NCBI GenBank assembly: GCA_043803385.1 | Contig: JAZDKA010000010.1 | Span: 989-64,988 of the forward strand | Reading direction: 5' to 3' | Length of the DNA stretch: 64,000 nucleotides | DNA from: Patescibacteria group bacterium | Lineage (GTDB): Bacteria > Patescibacteriota > Minisyncoccia > Moranbacterales > JAKLHP01 | Part shown: piece by piece, positions 48,902 through 58,727 of the stretch | Numbering within the stretch: the stretch's first letter is position 1 | Layout: the number at the start of each line of letters is the position of its first letter | Position numbers and translations under genes: made by a program | Notes under the pieces: generated by a model | The model's input: only the letters and a program-made list of their open reading frames with translations | The model's database searches: none | What the model was told of the DNA's origin: nothing

Positions 48902-49861
48902 TTATTTGAGTTCTTTTTCTATTATTCTTGCAACCGGTAAAAAAGTCTCTACCAGATACAAAGTATATTTTTCGGGAACATATTTTATCGGAACATGATA
49001 GAGATCAACCCAGATGTGGCTATAGATAGCATACAAAATTGATTTTTTCAGATATGCCTCCTCTTCTTTGCTCATCCTTCTTTTTCGATCATAACCAGCA
49101 ATAAATTCTTTTAAAAGCAAGCTATTTAATTTTCCTTTAAAGCAACAATTAAACATTATAGTCTTACCTACATCAACCATCAGTGGACCTAAATAGAAAT
49201 TCCCAAAATCAACAACGGCTGATAATTTTTCACCGACAAAAAGTTCATTTTTAAATCCAATATCCACATGAATCGGCCCGATGGGAAGCTTTGAGGTGGG
49301 ACGATTATCTATCACTCCTTTTTCAATTATTTTAACGACTGATTTTAAGATTGGATTTGTTTGCCTATAAGCATAAGGCTTCATTTTTTTCATTATATCC
49401 GGGCTAAGATCATAAAATCTTCTTCTTGTTTCCAGAATCTTTTTGAATTTAACACCGCGCTTGTGAAATTCTCCCAAAAACAGTCCGAGGTTATGAGCCA
49501 TTTTCGAAGTCATTTTTTTAGGCCATTTTCCGGAATAAAATTTATCAACCGTAACCCATCCGTCTTTAAATTTTTCAATATAATTTCCTTTGGCTGATTT
49601 CAGATATATCGGAACTGACATTCCTTTTAATGTTTCCAGCATATCTATTTCATACTGCAACGATTCTCTTGATTTGGCTGAAATCGTCTTTCTATTTGAT
49701 AGCTTATTTTTAGAAATGACAAATTTTCCCTTTGTGGTAATTGCTGAAACTTTTAAACATTTTCCATATCCTCGATAAAGATAAGATAATTTTTTTATCT
49801 TTCCCAGCCTATACATTTCGGCCAAAATTTGATATTCTTCATTGGTATAAAAATCAATCAT
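48902..49861 (-). CDS. Kinase-like phosphotransferase (APH/ChoK family)
   Basis: HVD...N catalytic loop, DFG motif. Confidence 0.6.
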   Translation of the reverse strand: MIDFYTNEEYQILAEMYRLGKIKKLSYLYRGYGKCLKVSAITTKGKFVISKNKLSNRKTISAKSRESLQYEIDMLETLKGMSVPIYLKSAKGNYIEKFKDGWVTVDKFYSGKWPKKMTSKMAHNLGLFLGEFHKRGVKFKKILETRRRFYDLSPDIMKKMKPYAYRQTNPILKSVVKIIEKGVIDNRPTSKLPIGPIHVDIGFKNELFVGEKLSAVVDFGNFYLGPLMVDVGKTIMFNCCFKGKLNSLLLKEFIAGYDRKRRMSKEEEAYLKKSILYAIYSHIWVDLYHVPIKYVPEKYTLYLVETFLPVARIIEKELK

Positions 49862-50874
49862 ATTTTTGTATTGAATTTTCTTCTATATTTGGCAAGTTGA
49901 TAATTTTCTTTGTCCGAAACGAGAACCTTTTCAGGATTCAGAACTTCAACTTCCATATCCTTGAGATCAGGATTTTTTTTGATCATTTCCTTCATTTCTT
50001 CTATGTCATTTTTTCCAATAAACACCCCCTTAACGTTATATTCTTTGTGATTTGATTCAAAAACAGATCCGCTTCCAATGTCCCCCTTCAGAGAATCTCC
50101 GACTACTATTAAATTTCTAGGCATACTAATTCCCATTTTTTTCAATTTATCAGCAAGAAATTCCATGGCTCCATCCTTTCCATGTCCTTCAAAATCTTTT
50201 TGATTGGCCATAGTTAAGAAAGATTCTCCTAAATTTAAAATTTTACAGATGAACTTGGCGAATGGAGGATCATTAGCTGTCATAATAACCATAGGAATGC
50301 CCAGTCTTTTATAAAGATTTACCAAATGGAAAACTGGCTTTATTTTTGCTTGTTCAAATACTTCCGGATTTTCTTTATCAATTCCTTCTGCTATCTCTGC
50401 TGATTTTGCGCTATGCTTCATGGAACATTCAGCTGCTTCATCATGTGCTTCCCCGGATTCATCGACTTCTTTTTTGTGGGTTTGGAGCCAATCTTCATAT
50501 GTTTTGAGATCTTTCCATTCACTGTGGCCATATTTATAGATTCCAAGCATGCGGTGAAAAACACGATAAGTCGTTCCCAGATGAAGGCTGCTCAAATATT
50601 CCTTTTCAATTTCATCTAATAGCTCGCCGTCCAAATTTTCTTTGTCTTCCAACATTTCTTTAAAAAGTTCTTTAATAGCCGGACCATGAGTAAAACCACA
50701 TTCGGCTAGAGTTTTATCGATATCAAAAAAAGCGATAGCCTTCGGAACCCCGTTTTCTAGAGTTATTTTTATTTCTTTATTTTCACCGCTCTTTGCCTCT
50801 ATGTCAGATTTGATGCCAACATATGCTTTTTCCTTTTCCTCTGAAATCGCTGGCCACTCATTTGAATTAGACAT
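49858..50874 (-). CDS. HAD-superfamily hydrolase
   Basis: FDIDKTL (DxDxT) motif I, GDSLKGD motif IV. Confidence 0.65.
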   Translation of the reverse strand: MSNSNEWPAISEEKEKAYVGIKSDIEAKSGENKEIKITLENGVPKAIAFFDIDKTLAECGFTHGPAIKELFKEMLEDKENLDGELLDEIEKEYLSSLHLGTTYRVFHRMLGIYKYGHSEWKDLKTYEDWLQTHKKEVDESGEAHDEAAECSMKHSAKSAEIAEGIDKENPEVFEQAKIKPVFHLVNLYKRLGIPMVIMTANDPPFAKFICKILNLGESFLTMANQKDFEGHGKDGAMEFLADKLKKMGISMPRNLIVVGDSLKGDIGSGSVFESNHKEYNVKGVFIGKNDIEEMKEMIKKNPDLKDMEVEVLNPEKVLVSDKENYQLAKYRRKFNTKI

Positions 50875-50899
50875 AATTTTGATATTTTTATGATTATTG

Positions 50900-51808
50900 T
50901 TATTTTACTTCCATCGTTTTGCCTTTGGTTGTCACCATTATTTTTTTATCATTAGTTTCACCATCTTCGACTTTAAACGCAATGCTTTCACAGTGTTTCA
51001 TGGACTCTCCAAAATTCTTATTTAGAAAATAGAGGAAAGAATTTTCATGGCTAAAACCCAGAATTTTGATATTTTTTTCAGGATTTTGTTCATTTATTTT
51101 TTCCTGGGCAAATTTTATAAGTCGCAGCATCTTCATAAACTTCAATTTATAGACTGTTTCGGCAGATTTAACATTGGGAAATATTTTTTCAATTTCTTCC
51201 GAGTAAGCGACATAATTATCGCCCCAAGTCCCCTTATTGTCAGCTTCAACTATTTTTCTGGCCACTGCCCATTTTTCCTTGGTTTCGGGGGAAACTTTAT
51301 CTCGAATTTCAGATGGAGCCTCTTCAAGATAATTATCGGGCTTGAAAATTCTTTCTCGTATCACATTCTCCAAATGATCCAGGGTTAAACATCTTATCTT
51401 TCGGATTTCTCCTTCTCCGATTTCTTCGGCTTTATTCGGGCGATTATCGGGAAATTTCTCACTTTTTTCTCGAGGCTGGATTATTTCAAAGCCTTTCCTC
51501 CTGGCCACATCCAGATAAATCTTCGCTGTTTGGGCTGCTCTGACTAAATCGCTAGAAACAAAATACAAGGCATCTTTTTGGGGATCTAAATTACTAAAAA
51601 ACTCTTCGGCTTTTTCATGTGCCAACTTAATTCCTTCCGGGGTTAAATCAGAATTGAACCATTGTTTATCCGAGCTGGGAGTAGCTTCCGGGTTATCCGA
51701 TTTTACAATTCCTTTGTGCAATTGCCCTTCAGCCTTGCTATGGCGTATGGCAAAGAATTCATCATTCTCTTCCTCTCCCCTGTTTTGATATATTTTTTCG
51801 AATGTCAT
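50900..51808 (-). CDS. Histidine phosphatase superfamily protein
   Basis: IRHSKAEG (RHG-like) near the N-terminus; GFSHEN second His. Confidence 0.45.
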   Translation of the reverse strand: MTFEKIYQNRGEEENDEFFAIRHSKAEGQLHKGIVKSDNPEATPSSDKQWFNSDLTPEGIKLAHEKAEEFFSNLDPQKDALYFVSSDLVRAAQTAKIYLDVARRKGFEIIQPREKSEKFPDNRPNKAEEIGEGEIRKIRCLTLDHLENVIRERIFKPDNYLEEAPSEIRDKVSPETKEKWAVARKIVEADNKGTWGDNYVAYSEEIEKIFPNVKSAETVYKLKFMKMLRLIKFAQEKINEQNPEKNIKILGFSHENSFLYFLNKNFGESMKHCESIAFKVEDGETNDKKIMVTTKGKTMEVK

Positions 51809-51840
51809 AGGTTTTTTATTATTTCATTTATGCGTTGATA

Positions 51841-52401
51841 TTATTTGAGCTCTTTTTTAATTTCTTCCAATAAATATTCGAATTTTGTAAATTCTGCTTC
51901 GGAATTGATGTGTCCGCCGTTTTTGATAATGATAAGATTTGTTCGGAGATAATTTGCCAAACTTTTTCCAAGTTCCAGCGGAACGTATGGATCGTTGTCC
52001 GAATTGAAAACATGGAATTTTTTGCAATTTTTTTGTATTTTGCTCCAATTAAAATTTCTGTTGACGAAAGTCTTGTTTATTTCATCAAATTTTGGATTAT
52101 TGAGTTCCCCTACCCATCCCGAAATAAAAAACGCTGACTTAATTGGATTTTTAAGATTTTCAATAACATTCAGCAAAAATCCCACTCCGATGCTATGCCC
52201 AACTATAATCGTTTCACTATTAAAATATTGCTTATATTTGGCTAAAATATTCAGCCAATTTTCCAGCGATTGGTTTTTGGGAGTTGGAAATTTGGGAATA
52301 AAAACATTTTCGCCTAATTTTTTAAGCTCATTTTTGAGCCAAGGAAACCAGTTTTCTCCAGGATTTCCATAGGCTCCATGGATTATGAAAATATTCTGCA
52401 T
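51841..52401 (-). CDS. Alpha/beta hydrolase, YdeN/RBBP9-like serine esterase
   Basis: GHSIG nucleophile elbow; 186 aa. Confidence 0.7.
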   Translation of the reverse strand: MQNIFIIHGAYGNPGENWFPWLKNELKKLGENVFIPKFPTPKNQSLENWLNILAKYKQYFNSETIIVGHSIGVGFLLNVIENLKNPIKSAFFISGWVGELNNPKFDEINKTFVNRNFNWSKIQKNCKKFHVFNSDNDPYVPLELGKSLANYLRTNLIIIKNGGHINSEAEFTKFEYLLEEIKKELK

Positions 52402-52623
52402 ATCTTTATTCTAGCACACAAAAATTCAAAATAAAAAAGCGGTTAGCTGTGAAGAATTAAACCCAACTAACCGCATGATATGAAGCTCCTGGAAAAATAC
52501 TCCGAAAGGTCTGGAGTTGAACCATGACCATTTGAGGGTAAATGAGCCCTTCTTAGGAGACCGCTTCCTTTCTTTTTCCAAGCTGCCAGAAAGAGCTGTT
52601 TAATCTTGATAATTTTATATAAA

Positions 52624-52905
52624 TTATTGCTCTATTTGCTGAAGTATTTTTATTATTATTTTCCCAACTAATGCATAAACGACTATGGCCAAGAGAGTGG
52701 TGAAGTCAAAAGTGAACCTGCCCAGATGGAGAGGAGAAATAAATGATGCGAACGGGCTTACCAATGGCGCCGACGTCTTGTTTATCCAGGAAACGATTGA
52801 CGAAGAACTTCCGATGCCAAAAAATGCCAGGATAAATTTTGCCGAAAGAAGAAATTCGACTATGCTTAATATAATGTTAATAAAAGTTCTAAGTAAACCT
52901 AACAT
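52624..52905 (-). CDS. YggT-like small membrane protein
   Basis: 93 aa, 2 TM helices, size and topology of the YggT family. Confidence 0.4.
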   Translation of the reverse strand: MLGLLRTFINIILSIVEFLLSAKFILAFFGIGSSSSIVSWINKTSAPLVSPFASFISPLHLGRFTFDFTTLLAIVVYALVGKIIIKILQQIEQ

Positions 52906-53027
52906 AAATTTGTGTTTATTATTTTTCTATTAAAGGATCGGCTATATGTTAATTATACACCAAATCGCTGAAAAGCACACTTTAATTATTTGAGATTCAT
53001 GATTTCTTTTGTGAAATCTGTAATTTT

Positions 53028-53072
53028 TTAATTTGTATCATAATTCTACAGCCGTAGGAAAATGATACATTC
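53028..53072. repeat. Copy C of the palindromic module
   Basis: TTAATTTGTATCATAATTCTACAGCCGTAGGAAAATGATACATT. Confidence 0.7.
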
Positions 53073-53107
53073 GGAAGTGCCATTTTTTATTTAGGGAAAA
53101 TAAAAAA

Positions 53108-53150
53108 GAGGGACTCAATTGCAAATTATTTCTGCAATTAAATCCCTCGC
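53108..53150 (-). terminator. Intrinsic terminator of guaA
   Basis: Long imperfect hairpin GAGGGA...AATTGCA...TGCAATT...TCCCTC plus TTTTTTATTTT on the minus strand. Confidence 0.55.
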
Positions 53151-53169
53151 TGGTCAACGTAGTAATCGC

Positions 53170-54705
53170 CTACTCGAACTCGGTCGTAGCAGGCGGCTTG
53201 TTCGTTTCATCGAAGTATACCCTATTGACTTCAGGATTTTTTGGTATCTCCCGAGATATTATCCTCCTTACTTCGGCTGGTATCTGATAACCTTCGGCGG
53301 TCATAAAATCAAGAGTATCGACTGCACGGACGACAATGGAGCCCTTATACACTCGCCCGTCGCCCTTAATGCCAACCGTATCGACGCAGTTCAGACCGAC
53401 TATAAGCTGGGAAATTTCCCTGTAGACATCGTGTTTTTCCAGTATCTTCCTGACTTCACAATCTGAACATTTGACAACCTTTACTCTTTCACGTGTCGCC
53501 GGCATTCCATTGACTCGGAGAAATATCCCCGGTCCAGGAAACGGCAACCGTTTAAAAACAGATTCCGGCATGCCGATTCCTTCCGATATATCCCTTACTT
53601 CATATTTAAATAGAATGCGCAAGGGATCGTATTTCGGAATCTTGAAATCGACCATATTGTGATGGGACTTTATGAGCGCCGACTCTCCCATTTTGCCCGA
53701 CTCGATGTGATCCGTGGCTATGCCTCCCTGAATAATTATCCCGGCTCCGACAGATTGGGCAACCATGTCCAGAATGTTGGCATAAAGAGGCTGAAAACAT
53801 TTAGTTCTCTTTATTTCAGCATCAACCACGTTAGCCATCTTGCTGAAAAAGAGATCGGAAGCCTCGATTACGATAAGTTCAACATCGGCAGCCGCTGCGT
53901 TCGCTCTCGCATCTTCCAGATCTTCTACTCTCAAACCACCAGTATCAATGAAGCAAGCATACAGCCTAGAACCGAGGATGGGAGCTAAAAGTTTACCGGT
54001 AGAGCTCGAATCAACTCCCCCACTGAAAGCAAGCAGAGCTATCTTGTCTCCGATAATTTCTCTTGCCTCTTCCTGTATTTCTCCGACTGCATCTTTCATA
54101 TTCCAGTCTCTTTCCAGTTTTGCAATACCAAAAACAAACTGGCGGAGAATTTTTTTCCCGATCTTCGTATGAGTCACTTCGGGATGAAACATAATTCCCC
54201 ACATCTTTTTTTCCTTGAAAGCTACTGCTGCAATAGACTGGGTATTGGTAGAACGGGCGATAACTTTGCAGCCGGGCGGAATTTCATCAATAATGTCCCC
54301 ATGACTTGTCCATACTTCGTGGTCTCCATTCAAATTCTGGAATAATTTATTTCCCGGCAAGGTGGTTATCATTACTTTTCCGTATTCCTTGCTCTCCAGT
54401 TTGTCCAAGCTAGGCGTGATTTTCCCTCCATGTTTATAGACAAGCAGTTGCGCACCATAGCAAATACCCAGTATTGGGACGCCGAGATTAAAAATCGATT
54501 CAGGCGGACAAGGCGCGCCTTCGTCATAGACACTGTTGAATCCGCCGGAAAGAATAATTGCTTCAGGTTTACTATTTTTCAGCCATTTTTCCGCTCCAAG
54601 TGGAGACAAAACGGCTGAACGATAACCAAGTTCACCCATTGTTCGTCGTATCACCTGTGTATACTGCGATCCCAAATCTACAATCAAAATCTTTGGCTGT
54701 TCCAT
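53170..54705 (-). CDS. guaA: GMP synthase (glutamine-hydrolysing)
   Basis: GATase-I (GICYGAQ), PP-loop SGGVDSS, GMP synthase C-terminal domain; GC-rich relative to the window. Confidence 0.9.
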   Translation of the reverse strand: MEQPKILIVDLGSQYTQVIRRTMGELGYRSAVLSPLGAEKWLKNSKPEAIILSGGFNSVYDEGAPCPPESIFNLGVPILGICYGAQLLVYKHGGKITPSLDKLESKEYGKVMITTLPGNKLFQNLNGDHEVWTSHGDIIDEIPPGCKVIARSTNTQSIAAVAFKEKKMWGIMFHPEVTHTKIGKKILRQFVFGIAKLERDWNMKDAVGEIQEEAREIIGDKIALLAFSGGVDSSSTGKLLAPILGSRLYACFIDTGGLRVEDLEDARANAAAADVELIVIEASDLFFSKMANVVDAEIKRTKCFQPLYANILDMVAQSVGAGIIIQGGIATDHIESGKMGESALIKSHHNMVDFKIPKYDPLRILFKYEVRDISEGIGMPESVFKRLPFPGPGIFLRVNGMPATRERVKVVKCSDCEVRKILEKHDVYREISQLIVGLNCVDTVGIKGDGRVYKGSIVVRAVDTLDFMTAEGYQIPAEVRRIISREIPKNPEVNRVYFDETNKPPATTEFE

Positions 54706-54880
54706 TTTTCCTCCTTATTTTATGAAATTGTAAAGTTACTTATCCCATCCTAATTTGCTCCTTAAATCTTTTAATAAAAGTTAACTTAAAAACGCTGAAA
54801 AAGCAAGTTTCGGGATAGAAATGTGCTATAATAAGAAAAACAACGAAAAACAACTAAATAAATGGAAAGGCGGGTGAATT

Positions 54881-55513
54881 ATGAAAAAATACATTATTTT
54901 GGGAATAGCTTCTTTTGCGGTGTTGATTTTGGCTGGTTGCGGAACTCAAACAAGCAAAACAATTCCGGCTAGCAATTCAACTCAAGAAAAGAAAACAGCT
55001 TTAAGCGCGGAAGGAGAAACTTGCACTGCTGATGCAAACTGTGAGACGGGCTTAAAATGTACCGGTGGAAAATGTTCATCAGGAAAGGTCAATTCGGTTT
55101 GTGCCACATACAAGGATTGCAACACTGGCCTTTACTGCGTAAAATCAGTTTGCTCCAATCCTCCGTCATATTCAAAATACTTTAATAAAATCATCATTTC
55201 CAAAATGAGGACCGGAATGCCCCCGGGACCGAAAAATATTCCTGTTCCAGCCACCGAATTTAATGCAACCACCGATGCCATAGAAATTGATGTTGAATCC
55301 AAGGCTGGCATAAATGGGGAACTATATTATGAACTTATCAATTCAACTACTGGGGAAATCGCGATGTCTTCGGCTAGCAATAAAATGAAAGTCGACCCGA
55401 GAGGAGGCGGCACTGGCTTTGGCATCCCAATGGGAACAATTGGAGATTTTGAATTGAATATTTACTTCAATAATGAACTCGTTCATACTGCTGCGGTAAA
55501 AATTAGCCAATAA
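54881..55513 (+). CDS. Cys-rich lipoprotein
   Basis: Lipobox LILAGC; repeated C...GLKC/GLYC motifs; TGTGCTATAAT promoter; terminator downstream. Confidence 0.6.
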   Translation: MKKYIILGIASFAVLILAGCGTQTSKTIPASNSTQEKKTALSAEGETCTADANCETGLKCTGGKCSSGKVNSVCATYKDCNTGLYCVKSVCSNPPSYSKYFNKIIISKMRTGMPPGPKNIPVPATEFNATTDAIEIDVESKAGINGELYYELINSTTGEIAMSSASNKMKVDPRGGGTGFGIPMGTIGDFELNIYFNNELVHTAAVKISQ

Positions 55514-55529
55514 AAAATATCGGAAAAGC

Positions 55530-55566
55530 AAAAAACAGTCCCGAGTGCTCGGGACTGTTTTTGGTA
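55530..55566 (+). terminator. Intrinsic terminator of the lipoprotein gene
   Basis: CAGTCCCGAG-TGC-TCGGGACTG plus TTTTTGG. Confidence 0.7.
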
Positions 55567-55601
55567 AAAGATTAAAAAATTTCTAAGTTTTTTTATTTTC
55601 T

Positions 55602-56927
55602 TTATAAATTAAGTTCTTCCTTGAATTTTCTGTATCTTTTGTATCCCCGATAATCTTCATACATGTCGAATAAATCCTTGGTTTCTTGATCTAATCTATC
55701 GAATTCTGATTTTTTGTCGGAACGGTGAGCTTCATATATTGCCTTCATTTTAATGAATAAAGTCAGGTCTGTTTTTTTTATCTCTTTTACTTTCCAGTAA
55801 TTTCCTTTGTGTTTTGCGCCTTTATACTCTTTTCTATAATGCCTATATTGTTTATATTTTGCTCCGTGATTATCATCATTATCATCATTATCATCAACTT
55901 CATCTTCATCATCTCCTCCTAGGATATCGTCATCAAAAAATGAAGTGGCATAATATACATTTCCCGTTCCATCCACATACCAAAATTTGTATCCGTTGCT
56001 TTCTTCCGTAAAAGAAGGAAAATAAATGGGAACGGCTTCTGAAATGGCGTGGCTATCGCCCCTGTCCCATTTAATTCCGTTGTCGTCAGGATCCGGATTT
56101 TCGGAATAAGCCACGCCTAATTTATAAATATTATCTCCATCATGCGCCGCGTACATCATTCCGAAAGTTCCATCAGAAAACTTGCCGATCATAAAAGAAT
56201 ATAATGCCCCGACATCCCAATCTCCCGGGTCCCCCATTCCAAAAACGATATTGTTATCACTGCTCCCCTGGAATTCAACATTTCCGATATGATAACTGTT
56301 ATTCCAGCTTATTCCATCCGCAGAAGTGGCATAGTTAATTCTTCTGTCTCCTGCCTCTCCGCCAACATTGGAAAATGATTGGTACCATAATTTGTAAGTT
56401 GCACCGTCTTTAATAACAAAAGGCATATGGCGACCATTATTTTCCCAGTTATGCGGCTCGATGTCAGTAAAAGTCAGCACTTCAGGCGGATCTAAGGGCC
56501 CTTCAAGTCCATTCCAATCTATTCCGTTTGCGCTTTCCGCATAACTAAGCAACCCCGTACCAGCTACTTCAAACCATATTTTATACTTGGAGTCACTTGC
56601 ATCCCAAATAACAGAAGGTTCATGACCATCTTGAATATTCGTCATATCTCCAACCGCCCAGGTTTCTCCATCGGCAGAAGTAGTGTGATAGAAAAGGTTT
56701 AAAGTAGTGTCTTCATACCACATATGATATGTCAAACCAACTTTAATCACTCGGGCATAATTAGATGCCCCCGGTCCTCCGGTAAAAACCACTCCTTCCT
56801 TGGTAATTAGTTCGCTATCGGCTCTGGCTTGAGGAACATTTTCTCCATAAAAAAATCCTGCCAAAAGCAGGAAAACAAAAACAGTAAAATGAATTAATAT
56901 TTTATTTAGTTTAGATTTTATTTTCAT
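55602..56927 (-). CDS. Secreted beta-propeller protein (GH32/43-like fold) with acidic-then-basic C-terminal tail
   Basis: N-terminal signal/TM; repeated W/D/G blade motifs; DDNDDNDD stretch. Confidence 0.45.
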   Translation of the reverse strand: MKIKSKLNKILIHFTVFVFLLLAGFFYGENVPQARADSELITKEGVVFTGGPGASNYARVIKVGLTYHMWYEDTTLNLFYHTTSADGETWAVGDMTNIQDGHEPSVIWDASDSKYKIWFEVAGTGLLSYAESANGIDWNGLEGPLDPPEVLTFTDIEPHNWENNGRHMPFVIKDGATYKLWYQSFSNVGGEAGDRRINYATSADGISWNNSYHIGNVEFQGSSDNNIVFGMGDPGDWDVGALYSFMIGKFSDGTFGMMYAAHDGDNIYKLGVAYSENPDPDDNGIKWDRGDSHAISEAVPIYFPSFTEESNGYKFWYVDGTGNVYYATSFFDDDILGGDDEDEVDDNDDNDDNHGAKYKQYRHYRKEYKGAKHKGNYWKVKEIKKTDLTLFIKMKAIYEAHRSDKKSEFDRLDQETKDLFDMYEDYRGYKRYRKFKEELNL

Positions 56928-57092
56928 TTTTTTGATTATTCCCCTATGTAAATAATATCACGTATTGCTAATTTTTGAAAGTCCTGTGCATAACTTTTAT
57001 ATGACAGCGAGACTATGCTATTTTAAATCATAAGAAAATACGCGCTTATAGCCATTGCAGCCATCTTAACAGTTGGGTAGAATAATCAACAC

Positions 57093-57118
57093 AAAAACCG
57101 CCTTTATGGGCGGTTTTT
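57093..57118. terminator. Bidirectional terminator
   Basis: AAAAACCGCC-TTTATG-GGCGGTTTTT. Confidence 0.65.
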
Positions 57119-57135
57119 ATTTTTCATATGGTTTA

Positions 57136-57780
57136 TTATTTGGCTATTTCCAATCCAGCTAGGCTAAAAAATTCTTTTTCTGTTTCTTTGTATTGGCTTT
57201 GAGCACCATTCATTTCTTTTTCAGCCGCAGCAATCTGAATCTTTAGGTCATCTATCTGCTTGATAAGATCGTTAACTGTTTTTTCATCAGCTACGCTCAT
57301 AGTTTGGGGATTTTTTTCCAAGATGCCAACCATTGCTTTCATCTTTTCAAGCATCTTGACTTGAAGGTTGTTATAGCTAATTTTGGCAGCATTTTCTTTT
57401 TTGGCTATTTCTAAAAACTTTTCAGCGCTCGTTTTTATCTTGGAATCAGTAATTTCTCCGAGCATTGATTTCAATTCAACTAATTTTTTATCAATAGAAT
57501 CTAGTTTAACAGCTGCGTCTTTTTTTCTGCCCAAAGCGCTATCAATTATTTTTAACACATCGGTATATTTTTTATCATTCATCTGCTTATCAAGAGTACT
57601 CCATTCGGGCATACTGTTTAAATCGGAAACTTTAGCTGCCTCTTTTTCCAAGGAAGCAATTTCGTTATGCTTATCAATAAATGCCTGCGGAACTTTTGAC
57701 GCAAAAAAAATCTTATAGAAGCCAATTAATATAAGTGCAACACCGGCTAAAATGGACAGGATAATTATTATTTTTTTCAT
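57136..57780 (-). CDS. Membrane-anchored coiled-coil protein
   Basis: N-terminal TM plus heptad repeats. Confidence 0.45.
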   Translation of the reverse strand: MKKIIIILSILAGVALILIGFYKIFFASKVPQAFIDKHNEIASLEKEAAKVSDLNSMPEWSTLDKQMNDKKYTDVLKIIDSALGRKKDAAVKLDSIDKKLVELKSMLGEITDSKIKTSAEKFLEIAKKENAAKISYNNLQVKMLEKMKAMVGILEKNPQTMSVADEKTVNDLIKQIDDLKIQIAAAEKEMNGAQSQYKETEKEFFSLAGLEIAK

Positions 57781-57878
57781 TTATTCACCTCGCTTTCTGT
57801 TTTATTTTTTGTTATTTTATGTATTTTTGTTTTCTGGTTTAATTTTTAAATTATTTTGATCCTGTTAAAAAAAATCCT

Positions 57879-58547
57879 CTATTTGCTAAAAAGTTTCACT
57901 GCCCAGCCGAATAAGCTGAATTTATTTTCGTTCTGGATGATAAAATTATCAATGTTCGCCTGTTCTTGTTCCAACGTCTGAATCTGTGTTTGCAATTCGG
58001 CTTTGTCTTGATCATTCTCTGCCTTGTCAGCTAATCGCTTAAGTTGTTCGATTCGGTTTCGTGTTTGCACCATCTGGCTTCGCAAATCGCCCATATTTTT
58101 GTAATCTGAGCCTATGAAGAAAGTCTTTATTTTGCTTCGGCTTTCCACAGCGGTGATTTCGCCAGCCACTTTCTCCTTGGAATCATTTTGCTGTTGGGCA
58201 ATGGCTTTTACTTGTTGTCCAATGCCTCCTTCTCGGTCAGCCACCACCAACAGGCTCTGAACAAAATTAGCCACTGTGCTTCGGTGAGATTCGGCATTTA
58301 CCTGTCCTTTATTATCTTTTGTCTTATTTTTATTTCCATTTTCTTGAATTGCGGTTGTGTCAGCAGCTTGAGCGGTATCATCAGTTGTAACCGCATTCGA
58401 ATTTTTTCCTTGAGTGCCCTTATTATTCTGGGCTTCAGTGGCTTTATCCGATTTTGCCACTGCGGCTTCTTGAGCCGAAATAGAAGAAATTAACGCTACT
58501 GTGAATGCTATTATTAGAAATACTAATAGACTTTTTTTGTTTTTCAT
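57879..58547 (-). CDS. Secreted low-complexity (Gln/Ala/Thr-rich) coiled-coil protein
   Basis: Signal peptide; TGATATAAT extended -10 about 35 nt upstream. Confidence 0.5.
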   Translation of the reverse strand: MKNKKSLLVFLIIAFTVALISSISAQEAAVAKSDKATEAQNNKGTQGKNSNAVTTDDTAQAADTTAIQENGNKNKTKDNKGQVNAESHRSTVANFVQSLLVVADREGGIGQQVKAIAQQQNDSKEKVAGEITAVESRSKIKTFFIGSDYKNMGDLRSQMVQTRNRIEQLKRLADKAENDQDKAELQTQIQTLEQEQANIDNFIIQNENKFSLFGWAVKLFSK

Positions 58548-58605
58548 AGTTTTTTGGTTATTTATTAGCTAGTTTTATTATATCACAAAACAGAGCGTTG
58601 CTACT

Positions 58606-58655
58606 ATTTTTTAATTTGTATCATAATTCTACGGCCGTGGGAAAATGATACATTT
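58606..58655. repeat. Copy D of the palindromic module
   Basis: TTTTTTAATTTGTATCATAATTCTACGGCCGTGGGAAAATGATACATTT. Confidence 0.7.
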
Positions 58656-58727
58656 GGAAAAAAGACTAATTTTTATAGAGAAAGAGCTCCGCGCAGGAGC
58701 TCAGAAATGGTTAAAATTTACTTTTTG

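Noticed and set aside
54706-54880. Purine riboswitch upstream of guaA
   Set aside because: The leader lacks the conserved UAUA...GGGA...CUACC core. It contains only an SD and the divergent lipoprotein promoter.
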